Positions 30,801 to 45,050 of a stretch of 64,000 nt of DNA are shown in pieces. The stretch lies in NCBI GenBank assembly GCA_964016885.1, contig OZ024757.1, positions 5,394,001 to 5,458,000 of the forward strand, written 5' to 3'. A program made the translations under genes and the position numbers. Origin of the DNA: Eledone cirrhosa (Eukaryota). Below the pieces are notes generated by a model. The model was not told where the DNA came from. It was given only the letters and a program-made list of their open reading frames with translations, and did not search any database. Numbering within the stretch: position 1 is the first letter of the stretch; each line of letters starts with the position of its first letter.

Positions 30801-33800
30801 AGTCTCCTCTCCTACATCTGATTCCTCTTATACCTAGTCTCTCTCTCAGTTCATCCATACACATCACATGTCTATACCAACACAGTCTCCTCTCCTACAT
30901 CTGATTCCTCTTATACCTAGTTTCTCTCCCAGTTCATCCATACACATCACATGTCTATACCAACACAGTCTCCTCTCCTACATCTGATTCCTCTTATACC
31001 TAGTTTCTCTCCCAGTTCATCCATACACATCGCATGTCTATACCAACACAGTCTCCTCTCCTACATCTGATTCCTCTTATACCTAGTTTCTCTCCCAGTT
31101 CATCCATACACATCACATGTCTATACCAACACAGTCTCCTCTCCTACATCTGATTCCTCTTATACCTAGTTTCTCTCCCAGTTCATCCATACACATCACA
31201 TGTCTATACCAACACAGTCTCCTCTCCTACACCTGATTCCTCTTATACCTAGTTTCTCTCCCAGTTCATCCATACACATCACATGTCTATACCAACACAG
31301 TCTCCTCTCCTACACACTACATGTGATTCCTCTTATAACTAGTTTCTCTCCCAGTTCATCCATACACATCCCATGTCTATACCAACACAGTCTCCTCTCC
31401 TACATCTGATTCCTCTTATACCTAGTTTCTCTCTCAGTTCATCCATACACATCACATGTCTATACCAACACAGTCTCCTCTCCTACATCTGATTCCTCTT
31501 ATACATAGTTTCTCTCCCAGTTCATCCATACACATCACATGTCTATACCAACACAGTCTCCTCTCCTACATCTGATTCCTCTTATACCTAGTTTCTCCCT
31601 CCATCCATACACATCACACATCTATACCAACACAGTCTCCTCTCCTACATCTGATTCCTCTTATACCTAGTTTCTCTCTCAGTTCATCCATACACATCAC
31701 ATTTCTATACCAACACAGTCTCCTCTCCTACATCTGATTCCTCTTATACCTAGTTTCTCTCTCAGTTCATCCATACACATCACATGTCTATACCAACACA
31801 GTCTCCTCTCCTACATCTGATTCCTCTTATACCTAGTTTCTCTCCCAGTTCATCCATACACATCGCATGTCTATACCAACACAGTCTCCTCTCCTACATC
31901 TGATTCCTCTTATACCTAGTTTCTCTCCCAGTTCATCCATACACATCACATGTCTATACCAACACAGTCTCCTCTCCTACATCTGATTCCTCTTATACCT
32001 AGTTTCTCTCCCAGTTCATCCATACACATCACATGTCTATACCAACACAGTCTCCTCTCCTACATCTGATTCCTCTTATACCTAGTTTCTCTCCCAGTTC
32101 ATCCATACACATCACATGTCTATACCAACACAGTCTCCTCTCCTACATCTGATTCCTCTTATACCTAGTTTCTCTCCCAGTTCATCCATACACATCACAT
32201 GTCTATACCAACACAGTCTCCTCTCCTACACACTACATGTGATTCCTCTTATAACTAGTTTCTCTCCCAGTTCATCCATACACATCCCATGTCTATACCA
32301 ACACAGTCTCCTCTCCTACATCTGATTCCTCTTATACCTAGTTTCTCTCCCAGTTCATCCATACATATCACATGTCTATACCAACACAGTCTCCTCTCCT
32401 ACACACTACATCTGATTCCTGTCATACCTAGTTTCTCTCCCAGTTCATCCATACACATCACATGTCTATACCAACACAGTCTCCTCTCCTACACACTACA
32501 TGTGATTCCTCTTATAACTAGTTTCTCTCCCAGTTCATCCATACACATCACATGTCTATACCAACACAGTCTCCTCTCCTACATCTGATTCCTCTTATAC
32601 CTAGTTTCTCTCTCCATCCATACACATCACACGTCTATACCAACACAGTCTCCTCTCCTACATCTGATTCCTCTTATACCTAGTTTCTCTCTCAGTTCAT
32701 CCATACACATCACATTTCTATACCAACACAGTCTCCTCTCCTACATCTGATTCCACTTATACCTAGTTTCTCTCTCAGTTCATCCATACACATCCCATGT
32801 CTATACCAACACAGTCTTCTCTCCTACACACTACATCTGATTCCTCTTATACCTAGTTTCTCTCTCAGTTCATCCATACACATCACATGTCTATACCAAC
32901 ACAGTCTCCTCTCCTACATCTGATTCCTCTTATACCTAGTTTCTCTCTCAGTTCATCCATACACATCACATGTCTATACCAACACAGTCTCTTCTCCTAT
33001 ACACTACATCTGATTCCTCTTATACCTAGTTTCTCTCTCAGTTCATCCATACACATCCCATGTCTATACCAACACAGTCTTCTCTCCTACACACTACATC
33101 TGATTCCTCATATACCTAGTTTCTCTCTCCATCCATACACATCACATGTCTATACCAACACAGTCTCCTCTCCTACAGCTGATTCCTCTTATACCTAGTT
33201 TCTCTCCCAGTTCATCCATACACATCACATGTCTTTACCAACACAGTCTCCTCTCCTACATCTGATTCCTCTTATACCTAGTTTCTCTCTCAGTTCATCC
33301 ATACACATCACATGTCTATACCAACACAGTCTCCTCTCCTACATCTGATTCCTCTTATACCTAGTTTCTCTCCCAGTTCATCCATACACATCACATGTCT
33401 ATACCAACACAGTCTCCTCTCCTACATCTGATTCCTCTTATACCTAGTTTCTCTCCCAGTTCATCCATACACATCGCATGTCTATACCAACACAGTCTCC
33501 TCTCCTACATCTGATTCCTCTTATACCTAGTTTCTCTCCCAGTTCATCCATACACATCACATGTCTATACCAACACAGTCTCCTCTCCTACATCTGATTC
33601 CTCTTATACCTAGTTTCTCTCCCAGTTCATCCATACACATCACATGTCTATACCAACACAGTCTCCTCTCCTACACCTGATTCCTCTTATACCTAGTTTC
33701 TCTCCCAGTTCATCCATACACATCACATGTCTATACCAACACAGTCTCCTCTCCCACACACTACATGTGATTCCTCTTATAACTAGTTTCTCTCCCAGTT

Positions 33801-36800
33801 CATCCATACACATCCCATGTCTATACCAACACAGTCTCCTCTCCTACATCTGATTCCTCTTATACCTAGTTTCTCTCTCAGTTCATCCATACACATCACA
33901 TGTCTATACCAACACAGTCTCCTCTCCTACATCTGATTCCTCTTATACCTAGTTTCTCTCCCAGTTCATCCATACACATCACATGTCTATACCAACACAG
34001 TCTCCTCTCCTACATCTGATTCCTCTTATACCTAGTTTCTCCCTCCATCCATACACATCACATTTCTATACCAACACAGTCTCCTCTCCTACATCTGATT
34101 CCTCTTATACCTAGTTTCTCTCTCAGTTCATCCATACACATCACATGTCTATACCAACACAGTCTCCTCTCCTACATCTGATTCCTCTTATACCTAGTTT
34201 CTCTCCCAGTTCATCCATACACATCGCATGTCTATACCAACACAGTCTCCTCTCCTACATCTGATTCCTCTTATACCTAGTTTCTCTCCCAGTTCATCCA
34301 TACACATCACATGTCTATACCAACACAGTCTCCTCTCCTACATCTGATTCCTCTTATACCTAGTTTCTCTCTAAGTTCATCCATACACATCACATGTCTA
34401 TACCAACACAGTCTCCTCTCCTACACCTGATTCCTCTTATACCTAGTTTCTCTCCCAGTTCATCCATACACATCACATGTCTATACCAACACAGTCTCCT
34501 CTCCTACACACTACATGTGATTCCTCTTATACCTAGTTTCTCTCCCAGTTCATCCATACACATCCCATGTCTATACCAACACAGTCTCCTCTCCTACATC
34601 TGATTCCTCTTATACCTAGTTTCTCTCCCAGTTCATCCATACATATCACATGTCTATACCAACACAGTCTCCTCTCCTACACACTACATCTGATTCCTCT
34701 TGTACCTAGTTTCTCTCTCAGTTCATCCATACACATCACATGTCTATACCAACACAGTCTCCTCTCCTACACACTACATCTGATTCCTGTCATAGCTAGT
34801 TTCTCTCCCAGTTCATCCATACACATCACATGTCTATACCAACACAGTCTCCTCTCCTACACACTACATGTGATTCCTCTTATAACTAGTTTCTCTCCCA
34901 GTTCATCCATACACATCACATGTCTATACCAACACAGTCTCCTCTCCTACATCTGATTCCTCTTATACCTAGTTTCTCTCTCCATCCATACACATCACAC
35001 GTCTATACCAACACAGTCTCCTCTCCTACATCTGATTCCTCTTATACCTAGTTTCTCTCTCAGTTCATCCATACACATCACATTTCTATACCAACACAGT
35101 CTCCTCTCCTACATCTGATTCCACTTATACCTAGTTTCTCTCTCAGTTCATCCATACACATCACATGTCTATACCAACACAGTCTTCTCTCCTACACACT
35201 ACATCTGATTCCTCTTATACCTAGTTTCTCTCTCAGTTCATCCATACACATCACATGTCTATACCAACACAGTCTCCTCTCCTACATCTGATTCCTCTTA
35301 TACCTAGTTTCTCTCTCAGTTCATCCATACACATCACATGTCTATACCAACACAGTCTCTTCTCCTATACACTACATCTGATTCCTCTTATACCTAGTTT
35401 CTCTCTCAGTTCATCCATACACATCCCATGTCTATACCAACACAGTCTTCTCTCCTACACACTACATCTGATTCCTCATATACCTAGTTTCTCTCTCCAT
35501 CCATACACATCACATGTCTATACCAACACAGTCTCCTCTCCTACATCTGATTCCTCTTATACCTAGTTTCTCTCCCAGTTCATCCATACACATCACATGT
35601 CTATACCAACACAGTCACCTCTCCTACATCTGATTCCTCTTATACCTAGTTTCTCTCCCAGTTCATCCATACACATCACATGTCTATACCAACACAGTCT
35701 CCTCTCCTACACCTGATTCCTCTTATACCTAGTTTCTCTCCCAGTTCATCCATACACATCACATGTCTATACCAACACAGTCTCCTCTCCTACACACTAC
35801 ATGTGATTCCTCTTATAACTAGTTTCTCTCCCAGTTCATCCATACACATCCCATGTCTATACCAACACAGTCTCCTCTCCTACATCTGATTCCTCTTATA
35901 CCGAGTTTCTCTCTCAGTTCATCCATACACATCACATGTCTATACCAACACAGTCTCCTCTCCTACATCCGATTCCTCTTATACCTAGTTTCTCTCCCAG
36001 TTCATCCATACACATCACATGTCTATACCAACACAGTCTCCTCTCCTACATCTGATTCCTCTTATACCTAGTTTCTCTCTCCATCCATACACATCACACG
36101 TCTATACCAACACAGTCTCCTCTCCTACATCTGATTCCTCTTATACCTAGTTTCTCTCTCAGTTCATCCATACACATCACATTTCTATACCAACACAGTC
36201 TCCTCTCCTACATCTGATTCCTCTTATACCTAGTTTCTCTCTCAGTTCATCCATACACATCCCATGTCTATACCAACACAGTCTTCTCTCCTACACACTA
36301 CATCTGATTCCTCTTATACCTAGTTTCTCTCTCAGTTCATCCATACACATCACATGTCTATACCAACACAGTCTCTTCTCCTATACACTACATCTGATTC
36401 CTCTTATACCTAGTTTCTCTCTCAGTTCATCCATACACATCCCATGTCCATACCAACACAGTCTTCTCTCCTACACACTACATCTGATTCCTCATATACC
36501 TATTTTCTCTCCCAGTTCATCCATACACATCACATGTCTATACCAACACAGTCTCCTCTCCTACATCTGATTCCTCTTATACCTAGTTTCTCTCTCAGTT
36601 CATCCATACACATCACATGTCTATACCAACACAGTCTCCTCTCCTACATCTGATTCCTCTTATACCTAGTTTCTCTCTCAGTTCATCCATACACATCACA
36701 TGTCTATACCAACACAGTCTCCTCTCCTACATCTGATTCCTCTTATACCTAGTTTCTCTCCATCCATACACATCACATGTCTATACCAACACAGTCTCCT

Positions 36801-39800
36801 CTCCTACATCTGATTCCTCTTATACCTAGTTTCTCTCCCAGTTCATCCATACACATCACATGTCTATACCAACACAGTCTCCTCTCCTACATCTGATTCC
36901 TCTTATACCTAGTTTCTCTCTCCATCCATACACATCACATGTCTATACCAACACAGTCTCCTCTCCTACAGCTGATTCCTCTTATACCTAGTTTCTCTCC
37001 CAGTTCATCCATACACATCACATGTCTTTACCAACACAGTCTCCTCTCCTACATCTGATTCCTCTTATACCTAGTCTCTCTCTCAGTTCATCCATACACA
37101 TCACATGTCTATACCAACACAGTCTCCTCTCCTACATCTGATTCCTCTTATACCTAGTTTCTCTCCCAGTTCATCCATACACATCACATGTCTATACCAA
37201 CACAGTCTCCTCTCCTACATCTGATTCCTCTTATACCTAGTTTCTCTCCCAGTTCATCCATACACATCGCATGTCTATACCAACACAGTCTCCTCTCCTA
37301 CATCTGATTCCTCTTATACCTAGTTTCTCTCCCAGTTCATCCATACACATCACATGTCTATACCAACACAGTCTCCTCTCCTACATCTGATTCCTCTTAT
37401 ACCTAGTTTCTCTCCCAGTTCATCCATACACATCACATGTCTATACCAACACAGTCTCCTCTCCTACACCTGATTCCTCTTATACCTAGTTTCTCTCCCA
37501 GTTCATCCATACACATCACATGTCTATACCAACACAGTCTCCTCTCCTACACACTACATGTGATTCCTCTTATAACTAGTTTCTCTCCCAGTTCATCCAT
37601 ACACATCCCATGTCTATACCAACACAGTCTCCTCTCCTACATCTGATTCCTCTTATACCTAGTTTCTCTCTCAGTTCATCCATACACATCACATGTCTAT
37701 ACCAACACAGTCTCCTCTCCTACATCTGATTCCTCTTATACATAGTTTCTCTCCCAGTTCATCCATACACATCACATGTCTATACCAACACAGTCTCCTC
37801 TCCTACATCTGATTCCTCTTATACCTAGTTTCTCCCTCCATCCATACACATCACACATCTATACCAACACAGTCTCCTCTCCTACATCTGATTCCTCTTA
37901 TACCTAGTTTCTCTCTCAGTTCATCCATACACATCACATTTCTATACCAACACAGTCTCCTCTCCTACATCTGATTCCTCTTATACCTAGTTTCTCTCTC
38001 AGTTCATCCATACACATCACATGTCTATACCAACACAGTCTCCTCTCCTACATCTGATTCCTCTTATACCTAGTTTCTCTCCCAGTTCATCCATACACAT
38101 CGCATGTCTATACCAACACAGTCTCCTCTCCTACATCTGATTCCTCTTATACCTAGTTTCTCTCCCAGTTCATCCATACACATCACATGTCTATACCAAC
38201 ACAGTCTCCTCTCCTACATCTGATTCCTCTTATACCTAGTTTCTCTCCCAGTTCATCCATACACATCACATGTCTATACCAACACAGTCTCCTCTCCTAC
38301 ACCTGATTCCTCTTATACCTAGTTTCTCTCCCAGTTCATCCATACACATCACATGTCTATACCAACACAGTCTCCTCTCCTACACACTACATGTGATTCC
38401 TCTTATAACTAGTTTCTCTCCCAGTTCATCCATACACATCCCATGTCTATACCAACACAGTCTCCTCTCCTACATCTGATTCCTCTTATACCTAGTTTCT
38501 CTCCCAGTTCATCCATACATATCACATGTCTATACCAACACAGTCTCCTCTCCTACACACTACATCTGATTCCTGTCATACCTAGTTTCTCTCCCAGTTC
38601 ATCCATACACATCACATGTCTATACCAACACAGTCTCCTCTCCTACACACTACATGTGATTCCTCTTATAACTAGTTTCTCTCCCAGTTCATCCATACAC
38701 ATCACATGTCTATACCAACACAGTCTCCTCTCCTACATCTGATTCCTCTTATACCTAGTTTCTCTCTCCATCCATACACATCACACGTCTATACCAACAC
38801 AGTCTCCTCTCCTACATCTGATTCCTCTTATACCTAGTTTCTCTCTCAGTTCATCCATACACATCACATTTCTATACCAACACAGTCTCCTCTCCTACAT
38901 CTGATTCCTCTTATACCTAGTTTCTCTCTCAGTTCATCCATACACATCACATGTCTATACCAACACAGTCTCTTCTCCTATACACTACATCTGATTCCTC
39001 TTATACCTAGTTTCTCTCTCAGTTCATCCATACACATCCCATGTCTATACCAACACAGTCTTCTCTCCTACACACTACATCTGATTCCTCATATACCTAG
39101 TTTCTCTCTCCATCCATACACATCACATGTCTATACCAACACAGTCTCCTCTCCTACATCTGATTCCTCTTATACCTAGTTTCTCTCTCAGTTCATCCAT
39201 ACACATCACATGTCTATACCAACACAGTCTCCTCTCCGACATCTGATTCCTCTTATACCTAGTTTCTCTCTCAGTTCATCCATACACATCACATGTCTAT
39301 ACCAACACAGTCTCCTCTCCTACATCTGATTCCTCTTATACCTAGTTTCTCTCTCAGTTCATCCATACACATCACATGTCTTTACCAACACAGTCTCCTC
39401 TCCTACATCTGATTCCTCTTATACCTATTTTCTCTCCCAGTTCATCCATACACATCACATGTCTATACCAACACAGTCTCCTCTCCTACATCTGATTCCT
39501 CTTATACCTAGTTTCTCTCTCAGTTCATCCATACACATCACATGTCTATACCAACACAGTCTCCTCTCCTACATCTGATTCCTCTTATACCTAGTTTCTC
39601 TCTCAGTTCATCCATACACATCACATGTCTATACCAACACAGTCTCCTCTCCTACATCTGATTCCTCTTATACCTAGTTTCTCTCCCAGTTCATCCATAC
39701 ACATCGCATGTCTATACCAACACAGTCTCCTCTCCTACATCTGATTCCTCTTATACCTAGTTTCTCTCCCAGTTCATCCATACACATCACATGTCTATAC

Positions 39801-42800
39801 CAACACAGTCTCCTCTCCTACATCTGATTCCTCTTATACCTAGTTTCTCTCCCAGTTCATCCATACACATCACATGTCTATACCAACACAGTCTCCTCTC
39901 CTACACCTGATTCCTCTTATACCTAGTTTCTCTCCCAGTTCATCCATACACATCACATGTCTATACCAACACAGTCTCCTCTCCTACACACTACATGTGA
40001 TTCCTCTTATAACTAGTTTCTCTCCCAGTTCATCCATACACATCACATGTCTATACCAACACAGTCTCCTCTCCTACATCTGATTCCTCTTATACCTAGT
40101 TTCTCTCTCCATCCATACACATCACACGTCTATACCAACACATTCTCCTCTCCTACATCTGATTCCTCTTATACCTAGTTTCTCTCTCAGTTCATCCATA
40201 CACATCACATGTCTATACCAACACAGTCTCCTCTCCTACATCTGATTCCTCTTATACCTAGTTTCTCTCTCAGTTCATCCATACACATCACATGTCTATA
40301 CCAACACAGTCTCTTCTCCTATACACTACATCTGATTCCTCTTATACCTAGTTTCTCTCTCAGTTCATCCATACACATCCCATGTCTATACCAACACAGT
40401 CTTCTCTCCTACACACTACATCTGATTCCTCATATACCTAGTTTCTCTCTCCATCCATACACATCACATGTCTATACCAACACAGTCTCCTCTCCTACAT
40501 CTGATTCCTCTTATACCTAGTTTCTCTCTCAGTTCAGCCATACACATCACATGTCTATACCAACACAGTCTCCTCTCCTACATCTGATTCCTCTTATACC
40601 TAGTTTCTCTCCCAGTTCATCCATACACATCACATGTCTATACCAACACAGTCTCCTCTCCTACATCTGATTCCTCTTATACCTAGTTTCTCTCCATCCA
40701 TACACATCACATGTCTATACCAACACAGTCTCCTCTCCTACATCTGATTCCTCTTATACCTAGTTTCTCTCCATCCATACACATCACATGTCTATACCAA
40801 CACAGTCTCCTCTCCTACATCTGATTCCTCTTATACCTAGTTTCTCTCTCCATCCATACACATCACATGTCTATACCAACACAGTCTCCTCTCCTACAGC
40901 TGATTCCTCTTATACCTAGTTTCTCTCCCAGTTCATCCATACACATCACATGTCTTTACCAACACAGTCTCCTCTCCTACATCTGATTCCTCTTATACCT
41001 AGTTTCTCTCTCAGTTCATCCATACACATCACATGTCTATACCAACACAGTCTCCTCTCCTACATCTGATTCCTCTTATACCTAGTTTCTCTCCCAGTTC
41101 ATCCATACACATCACATGTCTATACCAACACAGTCTCCTCTCCTACATCTGATTCCTCTTATACCTAGTTTCTCTCCCAGTTCATCCATACACATCGCAT
41201 GTCTATACCAACACAGTCTCCTCTCCTACATCTGATTCCTCTTATACCTAGTTTCTCTCCCAGTTCATCCATACACATCACATGTCTATACCAACACAGT
41301 CTCCTCTCCTACATCTGATTCCTCTTATACCTAGTTTCTCTCCCAGTTCATCCATACACATCACATGTCTATACCAACACAGTCTCCTCTCCTACACCTG
41401 ATTCCTCTTATACCTAGTTTCTCTCCCAGTTCATCCATACACATCACATGTCTATACCAACACAGTCTCCTCTCCTACACACTACATGTGATTCCTCTTA
41501 TAACTAGTTTCTCTCCCAGTTCATCCATACACATCCCATGTCTATACCAACACAGTCTCCTCTCCTACATCTGATTCCTCTTATACCTAGTTTCTCTCTC
41601 AGTTCATCCATACACATCACATGTCTATACCAACACAGTCTCCTCTCCTACATCCGATTCCTCTTATACCTAGTTTCTCTCCCAGTTCATCCATACACAT
41701 CACATGTCTATACCAACACAGTCTCCTCTCCTACATCTGATTCCTCTTATACCTAGTTTCTCTCTCCATCCATACACATCACACGTCTATACCAACACAG
41801 TCTCCTCTCCTACATCTGATTCCTCTTATACCTAGTTTCTCTCTCAGTTCATCCATACACATCACATTTCTATACCAACACAGTCTCCTCTCCTACATCT
41901 GATTCCTCTTATACCTAGTTTCTCTCTCAGTTCATCCATACACATCCCATGTCTATACCAACACAGTCTTCTCTCCTACACACTACATCTGATTCCTCTT
42001 ATACCTAGTTTCTCTCTCAGTTCATCCATACACATCACATGTCTATACCAACACAGTCTCTTCTCCTATACACTACATCTGATTCCTCTTATACCTAGTT
42101 TCTCTCTCAGTTCACCCATACACATCCCATGTCCATACCAACACAGTCTTCTCTCCTACACACTACATCTGATTCCTCATATACCTATTTTCTCTCCCAG
42201 TTCATCCATACACATCACATGTCTATACCAACACAGTCTCCTCTCCTACATCTGATTCCTCTTATACCTAGTTTCTCTCTCAGTTCATCCATACACATCA
42301 CATGTCTATACCAACACAGTCTCCTCTCCTACATCTGATTCCTCTTATACCTAGTTTCTCTCTCAGTTCATCCATACACATCACATGTCTATACCAACAC
42401 AGTCTCCTCTCCTACATCTGATTCCTCTTATACCTAGTTTCTCTCCATCCATACACATCACATGTCTATACCAACACAGTCTCCTCTCCTACATCTGATT
42501 CCTCTTATACCTAGTTTCTCTCCCAGTTCATCCATACACATCACATGTCTATACCAACACAGTCTCCTCTCCTACATCTGATTCCTCTTATACCTAGTTT
42601 CTCTCTCCATCCATACACATCACATGTCTATACCAACACAGTCTCCTCTCCTACAGCTGATTCCTCTTATACCTAGTTTCTCTCCCAGTTCATCCATACA
42701 CATCACATGTCTTTACCAACACAGTCTCCTCTCCTACATCTGATTCCTCTTATACCTAGTTTCTCTCTCAGTTCATCCATACACATCACATGTCTATACC

Positions 42801-45050
42801 AACACAGTCTCCTCTCCTACATCTGATTCCTCTTATACCTAGTTTCTCTCCCAGTTCATCCATACACATCACATGTCTATACCAACACAGTCTCCTCTCC
42901 TACATCTGATTCCTCTTATACCTAGTTTCTCTCCCAGTTCATCCATACACATCGCATGTCTATACCAACACAGTCTCCTCTCCTACATCTGATTCCTCTT
43001 ATACCTAGTTTCTCTCCCAGTTCATCCATACACATCACATGTCTATACCAACACAGTCTCCTCTCCTACATCTGATTCCTCTTATACCTAGTTTCTCTCC
43101 CAGTTCATCCATACACATCACATGTCTATACCAACACAGTCTCCTCTCCTACACCTGATTCCTCTTATACCTAGTTTCTCTCCCAGTTCATCCATACACA
43201 TCACATGTCTATACCAACACAGTCTCCTCTCCTACACACTACATGTGATTCCTCTTATAACTAGTTTCTCTCCCAGTTCATCCATACACATCCCATGTCT
43301 ATACCAACACAGTCTCCTCTCCTACATCTGATTCCTCTTATACCTAGTTTCTCTCTCAGTTCATCCATACACATCACATGTCTATACCAACACAGTCTCC
43401 TCTCCTACATCTGATTCCTCTTATACCTAGTTTCTCTCCCAGTTCATCCATACACATCACATGTCTATACCAACACAGTCTCCTCTCCTACATCTGATTC
43501 CTCTTATACCTAGTTTCTCCCTCCATCCATACACATCACATTTCTATACCAACACAGTCTCCTCTCCTACATCTGATTCCTCTTATACCTAGTTTCTCTC
43601 TCAGTTCATCCATACACATCACATGTCTATACCAACACAGTCTCCTCTCCTACATCTGATTCCTCTTATACCTAGTTTCTCTCCCAGTTCATCCATACAC
43701 ATCGCATGTCTATACCAACACAGTCTCCTCTCCTACATCTGATTCCTCTTATACCTAGTTTCTCTCCCAGTTCATCCATACACATCACATGTCTATACCA
43801 ACACAGTCTCCTCTCCTACATCTGATTCCTCTTATACCTAGTTTCTCTCTAAGTTCATCCATACACATCACATGTCTATACCAACACAGTCTCCTCTCCT
43901 ACACCTGATTCCTCTTATACCTAGTTTCTCTCCCAGTTCATCCATACACATCACATGTCTATACCAACACAGTCTCCTCTCCTACACACTACATGTGATT
44001 CCTCTTATAACTAGTTTCTCTCCCAGTTCATCCATACACATCCCATGTCTATACCAACACAGTCTCCTCTCCTACATCTGATTCCTCTTATACCTAGTTT
44101 CTCTCCCAGTTCATCCATACATATCACATGTCTATACCAACACAGTCTCCTCTCCTACACACTACATCTGATTCCTCTTGTACCTAGTTTCTCTCTCAGT
44201 TCATCCATACACATCACATGTCTATACCAACACAGTCTCCTCTCCTACACACTACATCTGATTCCTGTCATAGCTAGTTTCTCTCCCAGTTCATCCATAC
44301 ACATCACATGTCTATACCAACACAGTCTCCTCTCCTACACACTACATGTGATTCCTCTTATAACTAGTTTCTCTCCCAGTTCATCCATACACATCACATG
44401 TCTATACCAACACAGTCTCCTCTCCTACATCTGATTCCTCTTATACCTAGTTTCTCTCTCCATCCATACACATCACACGTCTATACCAACACAGTCTCCT
44501 CTCCTACATCTGATTCCTCTTATACCTAGTTTCTCTCTCAGTTCATCCATACACATCACATTTCTATACCAACACAGTCTCCTCTCCTACATCTGATTCC
44601 ACTTATACCTAGTTTCTCTCTCAGTTCATCCATACACATCACATGTCTATACCAACACAGTCTTCTCTCCTACACACTACATCTGATTCCTCTTATACCT
44701 AGTTTCTCTCTCAGTTCATCCATACACATCACATGTCTATACCAACACAGTCTCCTCTCCTACATCTGATTCCTCTTATACCTAGTTTCTCTCTCAGTTC
44801 ATCCATACACATCACATGTCTATACCAACACAGTCTCTTCTCCTATACACTACATCTGATTCCTCTTATACCTAGTTTCTCTCTCAGTTCATCCATACAC
44901 ATCCCATGTCTATACCAACACAGTCTTCTCTCCTACACACTACATCTGATTCCTCATATACCTAGTTTCTCTCTCCATCCATACACATCACATGTCTATA
45001 CCAACACAGTCTCCTCTCCTACATCTGATTCCTCTTATACCTAGTTTCTC
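19700..45050 (+). repeat. Long-range duplication with 15,888/15,715-bp offset (about 19.7-29.3 kb repeated at about 35.6-45.0 kb)
   Basis: ORF starts 19792/35680 through 22555/38443 differ by 15,888, and 24159/39874 through 29018/44733 differ by 15,715. Rare SNVs are shared: CCGAC 23521/39236, TTCACCC ~26396/42111, CACATTCTCC ~24424/40139. The 173-bp step equals one 83-mer plus one 90-mer missing near 38,900. Confidence 0.88.
26900..38900 (+). repeat. Tandem duplication with 6,237-bp offset
   Basis: CAGCTG 26939/33176 and 30732/36969; ORF starts 27407/33644 through 31200/37437. Private SNVs CAGTCACCTC (~29375/35612) and CTAGTCTCTC (~30834/37071) were each seen only twice. Confidence 0.9.
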
